The position numbers and the translations under genes were made by a program. The notes under the pieces were generated by a model. That model ran no database searches. It was not told the origin of the DNA and was given only the letters and a program-made list of their open reading frames with translations. A DNA stretch of 64,000 bases from Histomonas meleagridis 2922-C6/04-290x (Eukaryota > Protista > Parabasalia). The stretch is from NCBI GenBank assembly GCA_020184695.1, contig JAANOX010000017.1, forward strand, positions 1 through 64,000. The letters run 5' to 3'. Below, piece by piece: positions 12,901 through 21,170 of this stretch. Every line of letters starts with the position of its first letter. Within the stretch, counting starts at the first letter, position 1.

Positions 12901-15038
12901 TGGAAATTAAACCATTAACAATTACAGCTTTACGTAATTTACTTCAGAAAATGAAAACATTAAAAGAAAATGATAATGATTTTTCAACACTTACATATCT
13001 TGATGAAAAGAAAATTCAACAAATTAATGTTGCTCAAGAGTTTCTCCATGAAAATTACCAAAAAATAGAAGAACAAGAAGATGAACAATGTAAAATTGAA
13101 GAAGCAACAATTTTAATTAGGGCTGGAAAAAATGAGTTAGAAAATTTGGAGAAAGAAATTAATTTTCAAAGTGTTTCACCACTTATTGAAAAATATCATA
13201 TTTTCGAAAAGATGGTTAATACACTTAAAAATCATAAAGATTTTGAACATTGTAAAGAATCACAACCTATGAAAGAATTTCTTGAACGCATTTCTAACAT
13301 AAATCATAAATTATTTGAAGAAAATTTATTACAAATTTCAATGAATAGATTTGAAGCAGAAAAAATCACTAAATCACTTAAAAATGATTTAGATCTTTTC
13401 GAACGAACAGGGAATATGAATTCATATAAAACGATTGAAGATGAATTAGCAAAAGTTAAAGAAAACTCAGAAATAATGGATACACCAGAAATTAAACAAT
13501 TCCAACAACAATATGAACAAGCAGTTCGTAAGCAAACAAATGAAAAAGCAAAAATTGAACTTAAAAATCGTATTGATGAAACTTATCGACATTTGTATAG
13601 AGGAGATCATGAATTTTCAAGGAGTGAACATGATTATTTAATTAAAGAATTAGAAAGAAGAAAACATGTTAATATAATGGGTAAAGAATATGATGTTACA
13701 GCTAATGACCAAATACAATATGTTTATAATAATTTCATAAATCAATTTAAAACATATGCAATTACAAAATTTGCAAATAAAAACATTACAATCGAACGAA
13801 ACATTCAAAATAATTTTAAAACATATAATGAGTTTAGAAAAAGTTTCGATAAATATTATACGGGAAATAGTTATCAAGAAAAATTACAAATGCTTGCAAC
13901 AAAATATATATTAATGAAACAAGAAGTATATCAAAATGGAAATGTTTCTCCACAATTTGCAAATGAAATGAAAGAATATAAAGAAAAAATCAACGAAGTT
14001 TTCATTAAAGAAGCATTACCAAGTTTCAAAAAAGATTTTGAACATGCATTAAAACTTTCAAAGAAACAAAAATCTAGATTAGCTGAATGTAAAATGATTG
14101 TTGATTTTGTATCATTTTGGTCTGAAGAAGAAGCTGATAAATTATATAATCAAATCAAAGATAAAAATTTCGAACAATATGAAGAATATGAACCGCCAAA
14201 AGTTACAGTATCATCAAATTATATAAATGATATTAAATATATGATTGAATTGGGTGATAAATATATAAAAGAACAAAATAATACTGAAGATCCTGATTAT
14301 GCTATTATTAAAGCAACGGCACTTTATATAGGTTCTAGAGAAGCATTATTAAATCGTTATCAAGATGAAGATTTAATGGAAAAAGTTAATCAAAAAATTT
14401 CAGAAATAAAAGATCAATGTATACAATCTGCTGAAAAACAAATTATATATGAGTATAATTTAGTTAAATTAACTATGGAAGCTTTACAAACACCAGAGAA
14501 GTATCACTCACTATTAGATAAAGTTAAAACAGAAGTTATATTAACGAGTGTATTTTCTAATGCAATTTCAGCTTTTGCACCATTTGAAATAATTTCTGGA
14601 GGTAAGTTTAAACCATATCATGAAATGCTTGAATTATATTCAAATAACTATCAAAAAATAACAATAACAGAAGGACAAAAACAAATTTTAGAAGAAGCCG
14701 AAAGTTATATTGATAAAAATATAATACTTTCATCAAAGATTATTCAAGGGTTATTTATGAATTATTGTATTGTTGATGAAATTAGAGAACGATGTATGAA
14801 AATATATAATATTTTATATCAAAAAACTTCAAGATTACCATTTTCGGAATTATTTGCACCATGCTATGTCCAATCAAGTGAGAAATCTGCAAGTATTATA
14901 TCAATACCTTTATATCCATGTGATTATAAAAACATTTTTTATAATCATAATTTATATGATGGTACACAAATGAGTGTATTTGTCGGAAGATCATTATATA
15001 TATGCCTAATTTCCAACAAAATCGAAATGATTTATTAA
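9996..15038 (+). CDS. Large (~1680 aa) helical hypothetical protein, N-terminus MGDCFC
   Basis: Long ORF; Inr-like TCACTTT at 9983 just before ATG 9996. Confidence 0.8.
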   Translation: MGDCFCVIANQCSTLKNAIIKGDNLTFSYIMGVTQHNLENWNLLRSLQQINQNNDPNFKFVVETFEKKDDMYKLLPLYEKAGFFDQATRFINPNWKDKYAKYKSTPIPPQQAFEMYHQVMNAFKFCDDNFSQLTYLDDSTRKRCMENNEYIISIKPQLEDFLEYSHVIAAVNKIVTIIKQPYEALNQLLSMTDKKNIREVFDKFRIARDKAMMTSFFEQAKTIEPLKTLYENCEKLYQEMTQGKLQEIIYQNAKEPVIKKLKETLSKPKLDINTMDQTSIFISNISNPDVLKDSEVTQLISEFDVKVQEEIEIMKQNIINSKIKELSSSFEATIKPGNDKNACIKYASYKCLDSNNFIIDYTEIPEIHKIAIEKYPEVFKSSIIPDFTDQNSINNVFRSFTFRYNTIMEAIKTSCLTKFTREVENLLVIIEKSNYISNFNQNQLENQQFTQLINMCNDYQKMKEHVPLYVKYQQLLYNFNGVYEQFHNLLNDGLLLETQAYQLRMKFEEFGHLYDERFLEMEYIENEKKEQMKNIGPFVAKNLLIINEIVYKARLRSLGNRIVGESGNLLDTLYSLVDNNCWKNIYNAFTDYFKKNYELVYQPYLAEASSFEPFATMAEKIRTLTKFINEDNIMVKLRCDEILMTNLSLLIDSVNKIKKFDSSIFSDFFSNLSKIKILGSKILQHKDVKKWIKCFDKHKQEIFKKTFEEEYLIKRNTCIQEFDSILNSTNNIQSRIQNMKNLNLKWSFAKVCDLIIDFTLCEELSNILIKFQELTGEEIEHYHEDNIINIWKPENIDEFEEHIKFYHFYLHPIAKRIGDIVQLPITQQIPTLYEYDIPETEDESIQIIKVIKTESTNHESTSKVNSNINIVYNSIKRTYNLLLTAIQTGNEKTFDTQITNIEKELKKCDIFNEKLDEEKENDENYLRVIEIYNDRDNIKSQLPLYMKADKFYKESNFINDRLINSVESMEIKPLTITALRNLLQKMKTLKENDNDFSTLTYLDEKKIQQINVAQEFLHENYQKIEEQEDEQCKIEEATILIRAGKNELENLEKEINFQSVSPLIEKYHIFEKMVNTLKNHKDFEHCKESQPMKEFLERISNINHKLFEENLLQISMNRFEAEKITKSLKNDLDLFERTGNMNSYKTIEDELAKVKENSEIMDTPEIKQFQQQYEQAVRKQTNEKAKIELKNRIDETYRHLYRGDHEFSRSEHDYLIKELERRKHVNIMGKEYDVTANDQIQYVYNNFINQFKTYAITKFANKNITIERNIQNNFKTYNEFRKSFDKYYTGNSYQEKLQMLATKYILMKQEVYQNGNVSPQFANEMKEYKEKINEVFIKEALPSFKKDFEHALKLSKKQKSRLAECKMIVDFVSFWSEEEADKLYNQIKDKNFEQYEEYEPPKVTVSSNYINDIKYMIELGDKYIKEQNNTEDPDYAIIKATALYIGSREALLNRYQDEDLMEKVNQKISEIKDQCIQSAEKQIIYEYNLVKLTMEALQTPEKYHSLLDKVKTEVILTSVFSNAISAFAPFEIISGGKFKPYHEMLELYSNNYQKITITEGQKQILEEAESYIDKNIILSSKIIQGLFMNYCIVDEIRERCMKIYNILYQKTSRLPFSELFAPCYVQSSEKSASIISIPLYPCDYKNIFYNHNLYDGTQMSVFVGRSLYICLISNKIEMIY

Positions 15039-15046
15039 AAGAAATT

Positions 15047-16069
15047 ATGGAATCAAAAACATTAATTATACATCCGATATATTATAATCCAAACTTATTT
15101 ATGAATCCTTATAATCAAAATTTAAGTAGTCACAAAATTCCTCAAAAAGCTTTTGCAAATATAATTCCTATTGCGAAGGAATTTATTGAGAAAGTTTATG
15201 AACATCCGAATTATAATCCAATGAATCCACAAGCTACTTTAATTAATGATATCATTTCAAAGAGAGATGATTCGAAAAATTTCTTCTTATTTGAGTTTAT
15301 TAGTAAAGCTACTTATGGTTTCAAAATATTACCTTATATTAGGGACAATCTTTACCAAATTTATGAATCATTTTATCCAATTTATAAGACTATTACAAAA
15401 AGAAAAAACATTCTTGATGTAACACCTGATGAAGAACTTGAAACAATTGTTTTAAATGTTGTGAATAAATTATATCCAATTCCAAGTTTAACAAATAATT
15501 TATTTTATGCAAATAAATTTAATTATATTAATGTAATAGAAATATTAAGATATATTAAAGAAATGAATGAAAAATGTGATTTTAATGATCAACGTGCTAT
15601 TATTCATCTTAATGAACGTATTAATAATGAATTAGAATTTAACAAAAAAACAATACATCAAATAGTATATCTACTTTTTGATTTTCTTTCTAAATATGTT
15701 ATACCTAATTTTGTTGATAATGAATCAAATTCATTAAATAATTTACTTAAATATAATGGATATTTTAGTGATGAAGTTAAAATCTTTACACAAAAAGTGA
15801 TGGATATAATTGAAAAACGACGAAATGAAAATATTGAAAAAGCACTTAAAATTACAGCAAAACGTGTAGAATATTTAAAGAATAAATATATCCGATCAAT
15901 TAAAGATGGAACTAAAATTACAATTCAAAAAACTACATATGTTGCATCACATCCTAAACCTGATGTTGTATTATTTAAAGGTAAAAATATGGCAATAAAA
16001 ATAAAATGTTCAGAAAAAGAAGTTGATGCACAAAGTATTATAATTTCATATGATCCTTCATGTTGGTGA
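15047..16069 (+). CDS. Hypothetical protein (~340 aa)
   Basis: ORF starting 8 nt after the upstream stop; no family recognised. Confidence 0.65.
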   Translation: MESKTLIIHPIYYNPNLFMNPYNQNLSSHKIPQKAFANIIPIAKEFIEKVYEHPNYNPMNPQATLINDIISKRDDSKNFFLFEFISKATYGFKILPYIRDNLYQIYESFYPIYKTITKRKNILDVTPDEELETIVLNVVNKLYPIPSLTNNLFYANKFNYINVIEILRYIKEMNEKCDFNDQRAIIHLNERINNELEFNKKTIHQIVYLLFDFLSKYVIPNFVDNESNSLNNLLKYNGYFSDEVKIFTQKVMDIIEKRRNENIEKALKITAKRVEYLKNKYIRSIKDGTKITIQKTTYVASHPKPDVVLFKGKNMAIKIKCSEKEVDAQSIIISYDPSCW

Positions 16070-16257
16070 ATTATTTGCTGCTATTATGAATTACTTTAAT
16101 CATATAAAAACTTATGATAAGGAAAATCAGCCATATGAAGATGAAGAAAATAGAAGAAAAGATATTGATTATGCCATACGGATGATGAAACATAAATAAA
16201 ATAATTGAAATTAATTCTTTTTTATTTAATATTTTATCATAAGTTGATGAAATTTGA

Positions 16258-17190
16258 TTATTTTTTACTTTTTACACCTTTAGCAGGAAAAAATTTGAGT
16301 ATTTCAGTATATCCTTTTTGTGACGCAATCATAAATGCTGTTTGAAATAATGTTTTGAGTTTTTAATTATTATTTTGGAATTCGATATGATTAAATTATA
16401 TTTTATTTTTCTCATTAATATTAATACCTTTGAATTGAAGAAGTAATTTAACAATTTCTATGCGACAATTTTCAGTTGCTAATGTAAGTGCTGTATCAAA
16501 TAATTTGAATGATTCCCAAATGTTATTGTAGATCATCAAATCATTTTAACAATTTTTAAGCATTTCGATTAAATATTTTTTGCATTAATATAAATTTTTT
16601 TGTTTTCTAGAAGTAATTTAACAATTTCTATATAACCCTTTGCTGATGCAATCATTAATGAATTCCAAAACATTAAAAATAATATTCAAATATATTTATG
16701 AAATTTGAAATTATTAATTAAAATAAAAAACAAATAAATAAAATATTATTAGCATTAATATTTATTCCATTTTGTTGAAGAAGTAATTTAACAATTTCTA
16801 TATTTTTAGACATAGTTGCAATGATAAGAGCTGTTTCAATTGATATACATAATTTTTATATTTTATTTTGAAATATAAAACAATTGAATTAAATTATAAA
16901 TATACTAAAAATATATTTTTAGCATTAACATTAATTCTTTTTTGTTTAAGAAGCAATTCAACCACTTCTGTATTATTTTCTGATGCAAGCTTCCACCTGC
17001 AACTGCATATTTACCTGTGTTATTTACTTTTGCATTATTCATAAGTAAATATTTAAAACATTTAACTGATCCAAAAAATACTGCATAATCAATTAATGTA
17101 ACATTTTCTTTATTAATAAATGAACATCTTTCATAAAGTGATGGTATAATATATTGATTAAATTTAAAATCATTTTGTGATGATATTTCG
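16258..17190 (-). pseudogene. DUF3447-type ankyrin gene, 3' part, with four 51-68-nt inserts; has an internal deletion/frameshift near 16990 and is detached from its 5' end
   Basis: TLIDYAVFFGSVKCFKYL...AVAGG is followed by 34-aa ankyrin repeats (ETALIIA, WNSLMIA, DTALTLA, QTAFMIA). Inserts at 16844-16911, 16674-16741, 16504-16571 and 16351-16401. Confidence 0.75.
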
Positions 17191-17767
17191 GAATATTCAA
17201 AAAGCATCAAACCAAAAGCCGACCAAATGCACCAGGTGAAGAGCAACTTTTAGAGTTATTAGAGCAAACTATTTTTAATTTAAATGAAAAAAACTTTGAT
17301 GCTTCAATTGAATCAATCACTAACTTATACAAATCAGAACCTGATTCGCCCTATTCTTTTAATCTTGTTTTATGCAAACTTATTTATTCTGCATTTGTAT
17401 CAAGTCTGAAAAAGCCAGGTCTTTTTATTAATTTTATTGTTTCACTTATGAGCAAAGAGGAAAATGATCAATTAATTTCGATTTTAAGTAAATATCTTTT
17501 GAAATTAGAATCTCAAGAATCATATTACCTTCTTGAAAAAATGATTAAGCGAGGATTAATTGAACAATATTTCATCAAAAACAAAAGGACATTATATTTT
17601 TCACATTATAAAACAAAAAAGCAAATTGATGAATTAATATCATCGAATCCATTTGATACCTTTTTTGTTAAAAATATTGATAATATATCAAAGAATGATT
17701 GGGAACTTCATAAACAATTAATTAAAGAAGGACATAATCCAAATGAAATTGCGAAAATAATTCGAAA
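17184..17767 (+). pseudogene. N-terminal fragment of a DUF3447/ankyrin-family paralogue in inverted orientation
   Basis: Open frame EEQLLELLEQTIFNLNEKNFD...KNDWELHKQLIKEGHNPNEIAKIIR with no start codon; truncated at the inverted-repeat junction. Confidence 0.65.
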
Positions 17768-17864
17768 GTTTATCGATTTCATCATTTCGAATTATTTTAG
17801 CAATTTCATTTGGATTATGTCCTTCCTTAATTAATTGTTTATGAAGCTCCCAATCATTCTTTGA
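17688..17864. repeat. 80-bp inverted repeat (3 mismatches) with a 17-nt spacer
   Basis: Arms at 17688-17767 and 17785-17864. Confidence 0.9.
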
Positions 17865-18377
17865 AAGTTCTTCATCGTTATCTGTAAATAATTTATTGAT
17901 TAAGTCATATTCAGTTTCATTCTCAATTCTAGTTATTCTATGTGCAAAATATTTTGATTGAAATCTTTTAACAATGTTTACATCAATTAAGTTTAATTCG
18001 ATCATTTTCTCTATTATATAATATGTTTCTTGTGTTTTGAATTTAGAAATATGTTTACAGAAAATATTTATAATTTTTGGTATATCTTTGTTTATTTCTT
18101 CTTCTTTGATTTGGATAGATTCCAAATAATTCAAATAAATATTTATATTGTTTTTCCGAGTTGAAAATGATTTATAGACAAGATTACTAATGATACCATT
18201 AAATGAATATGGATAATTTATATCAAATAATTTAATTGTTTTTTGAATTGATAAATCATAATTATCTTCATTTAAATTAAAAACGATTTGCTCTAATTCA
18301 ATACTAGTAGATAAGCAACTAGGGATTTCTTCTTTGTCAGTAGAACAGGTAAATTTTTGGTTTTGTGCGGAAAGCAT
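17768..18377 (-). pseudogene. N-terminal fragment of a DUF3447/ankyrin-family gene, truncated after IIRNDEIDKL
   Basis: MLSAQNQK...ELEQIVFNLNEDNYD...KNDWELHKQLIKEGHNPNEIAKIIRNDEIDKL, then the frame runs into the opposite arm. Confidence 0.7.
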
Positions 18378-18473
18378 GTTAAAATAGCACTTTTATGTGA
18401 CATATCATGTGAAAATTTTTTGGTTCCTACCAAATACGTGTCAACATTTTCATAAACTAGTTAAATATACAAA

Positions 18474-18833
18474 TTGAATGAAACTGGGCCTTTATGTAAC
18501 AAAATGCTTCGCGAATGGGATGCAATTGAAGTATGCTACAAATATGATGAATACAACGAATTATCAGAAGCCAAAAAAATAGGTGATGAAATGCTGCATG
18601 AATGTTTGAATCAAAAGTATTTAGAAAATATGCCATATATTCCTTCAACGGGAATAATTACACAAAAGTCACTGTTTTCATTTTGCTCATCACAAGAAGA
18701 TTTGTCGAAAGCAATAGTTCCACTTAATTATAATTCTGAAAGATGTGTTGACGTAACAAACGAGGAAGAGGAAGAAATTCACGGCTGGGGATGGGAACCT
18801 CCAGCAAAACCTATTATTGAAGAACAGGATTAA
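18474..18833 (+). CDS. Small acidic hypothetical protein (119 aa)
   Basis: Short ORF with coding-like composition in an AT-rich background. Confidence 0.5.
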   Translation: MNETGPLCNKMLREWDAIEVCYKYDEYNELSEAKKIGDEMLHECLNQKYLENMPYIPSTGIITQKSLFSFCSSQEDLSKAIVPLNYNSERCVDVTNEEEEEIHGWGWEPPAKPIIEEQD

Positions 18834-19182
18834 GTTTCGTTGAAAAACAAGTCTGTTTAAATTAATAATTTTTTATTTTAAATGAAACATTAAAAGCAAA
18901 GCTCGGGAGAACAATAAATTTTAAATGTATGTAACAATCAAAACTTATTTAATATAGATAAAAAAATTGAATGATTCAATAAAAAAAATTAAAATATATT
19001 TTATTACAAAAGCAAAGTGTGTAACAAAAGCTGAAAATTTTAAGTTTACATGAATGCTGTTAAACTTCATTATAAATTGATTTTTATTCATCAATTGTTG
19101 AAGCTAAAGTCATTCTATCTCTGCTTTACAATAAAAGTGCTACAGCAAAATTTGAATTGAAATTTGTATCGGCAAATTTCTC

Positions 19183-20670
19183 ATGAGTCAGCCAAACATC
19201 GATCCAAGCTTAATCCGATTAGTAGAGCCATGCGTTTATGAAATACCAATTGGATTTGTTCCAAATATGCGTGTTCCAGGAAGGTTTTATGCCACACCAG
19301 AGATGGCTGAACTTGCATTTAAAGAACTACAAGACTGGATTTCAAATCCTACAACCGGCCTCCCATCAATAGTTCAGATTGCTTATGTTGCAACTTTACC
19401 AGGTATTACTGATGCTTCAATTGGGATGCCAGATATGCATTCTGGCTACGGTTTCCCAATTGGTGGTGTAGCTGCTTTTGATACCAGTGATCCTTCTAGC
19501 ATCATCTCACCAGGTGGTGTTGGTTATGATATTAATTGTGGTGTTCGTTCTATTTCTACAAATCTTACACTTTCTGATGTTACACCAGTTCTCAAGGAAC
19601 TTATTGATGCCATTAATCGTAACATTCCTACTGGTGTTGGAGGTAAACGGAAGAAATTTATCACCAAATCCGATATTCCCGATATTCTTACACAAGGTTC
19701 AAAATGGGCTGTTTCACATGGATATGGTGTCCAAGAAGATCTAGACAATTGTGAAGAAGGTGGATGTGTTTCATATGCAGATGCAAGTTTAATCACAGAT
19801 CGAGCCAAACTTCGAGGTCTTGATCAACTTGGCACCTTAGGCGCTGGCAACCATTATGTTGAAGTCCAAGTTGTGGACACGATTTATAATGAAACCGCCG
19901 CAAATGTTATGGGGTTATTTAAAGGCCAAGTCGTTGTAATGATACACACAGGCTCTCGTGGCTTAGGGTATCAAGTGGCCGACGAATTTATCAAGGAGAT
20001 GGAGTATAAATTTAAAGATTCAAATCTTCCAGATCGTCAACTTTGTTCAGCGCCATTACAAAGCGAAGTTGGCCAACGATATCTTCATTCCATGGGTGCA
20101 GCCGCTAACTTTGCGTGGTGTAATCGCCAAATCATAACACATTTTGTACGTTTAGCATTTAATGAGATCTTTCAACGGAACGATCTTCAACTTAATTTGA
20201 TATACGACGTTGCTCATAACATTGCTAAGATCGAAAAACATGTCATAGATGGCGTAGAAAAGGAATTTATTGTCCATCGTAAAGGTGCGACCAGATCATT
20301 CGGACCAAGTCGAACAGAAATACCAACGAAATATCGACAAATAGGACAGCCAGTCTTAATCGGAGGCTCGCTCGGTACTTCTTCTTACATATTGGTTGGA
20401 TCTGATGAGAATAAATCATTTGGATCAACTTGTCATGGAGCAGGAAGAACGATGTCGCGGTCAAAGGCAAACAGAGAAATCAGCGCCGACAAGATCAAGA
20501 ACGAGCTGGAGCAAAAGGGTATCGAGCTGAGAGCGGCCAACGCTAAAACGGTGACAGAAGAGGCGCCGGAAACATACAAAGACATCGAGCAGGTGGTGGA
20601 GGCTTGCGAAGCCGTGGGGCTGTCAAGCAGAGTGGCGAAGTTGGTGCCAATCGGCGTGATCAAAGGCTAG
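19183..20670 (+). CDS. RTCB: RNA 3'-phosphate/5'-OH ligase RtcB (tRNA-splicing ligase, archaeal/eukaryotic type)
   Basis: MPDMHSGYGFPIGG, GYDINCGVR, GAGNHY, HTGSRG, YDVAHN, HRKGAT, HGAGR, EEAPETYKDI and C-terminal VIKG. Confidence 0.97.
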   Translation: MSQPNIDPSLIRLVEPCVYEIPIGFVPNMRVPGRFYATPEMAELAFKELQDWISNPTTGLPSIVQIAYVATLPGITDASIGMPDMHSGYGFPIGGVAAFDTSDPSSIISPGGVGYDINCGVRSISTNLTLSDVTPVLKELIDAINRNIPTGVGGKRKKFITKSDIPDILTQGSKWAVSHGYGVQEDLDNCEEGGCVSYADASLITDRAKLRGLDQLGTLGAGNHYVEVQVVDTIYNETAANVMGLFKGQVVVMIHTGSRGLGYQVADEFIKEMEYKFKDSNLPDRQLCSAPLQSEVGQRYLHSMGAAANFAWCNRQIITHFVRLAFNEIFQRNDLQLNLIYDVAHNIAKIEKHVIDGVEKEFIVHRKGATRSFGPSRTEIPTKYRQIGQPVLIGGSLGTSSYILVGSDENKSFGSTCHGAGRTMSRSKANREISADKIKNELEQKGIELRAANAKTVTEEAPETYKDIEQVVEACEAVGLSSRVAKLVPIGVIKG

Positions 20671-21170
20671 AAAAAAATAATAAAATGTAATAGAGAATGA
20701 AGTAAAAACTTATAGACAAACAACTTTCGTTTTTACTTATGGAGTGCAGACTCAAAATTTGCCAAAAGATTTTTATCGATTATGTAAAATTTGGTGATGA
20801 TTTATAATGCTAAGTGTGAAAATCATCATGACTTTTTATCATGAATGTTTTATATGTGTATTGCTATAAATTGGTTTCTTATTGACTGTATTAAGTCAAT
20901 GATGTTATTGCAAAATAAATCGTTTTAAGAAGAGGATGTTGATCTTTTACTTAAATTGTTTAATGCCCAGAACTTCGGCTGATTTAAGCCATTTCAAAAA
21001 CATGGGAATAAAAGATGATAATAAAATTCAGAAAACAATATTTATATTAACTAATGATAAAAATTTAAATCGTTCTGAAGTTTCCGATTTATGATCGAAA
21101 AGAAAAATATTACTGAACTTTTATTTATAAGATGAATATGCAAAATCCTTTTAACTTTGCAACATCATCA

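Noticed and set aside
15002-15050. Frameshift fusion of the 1696-aa and 355-aa ORFs
   Set aside because: The downstream ORF has its own ATG at 15047, very short intergenic gaps are common here, and no homology supports a fusion.
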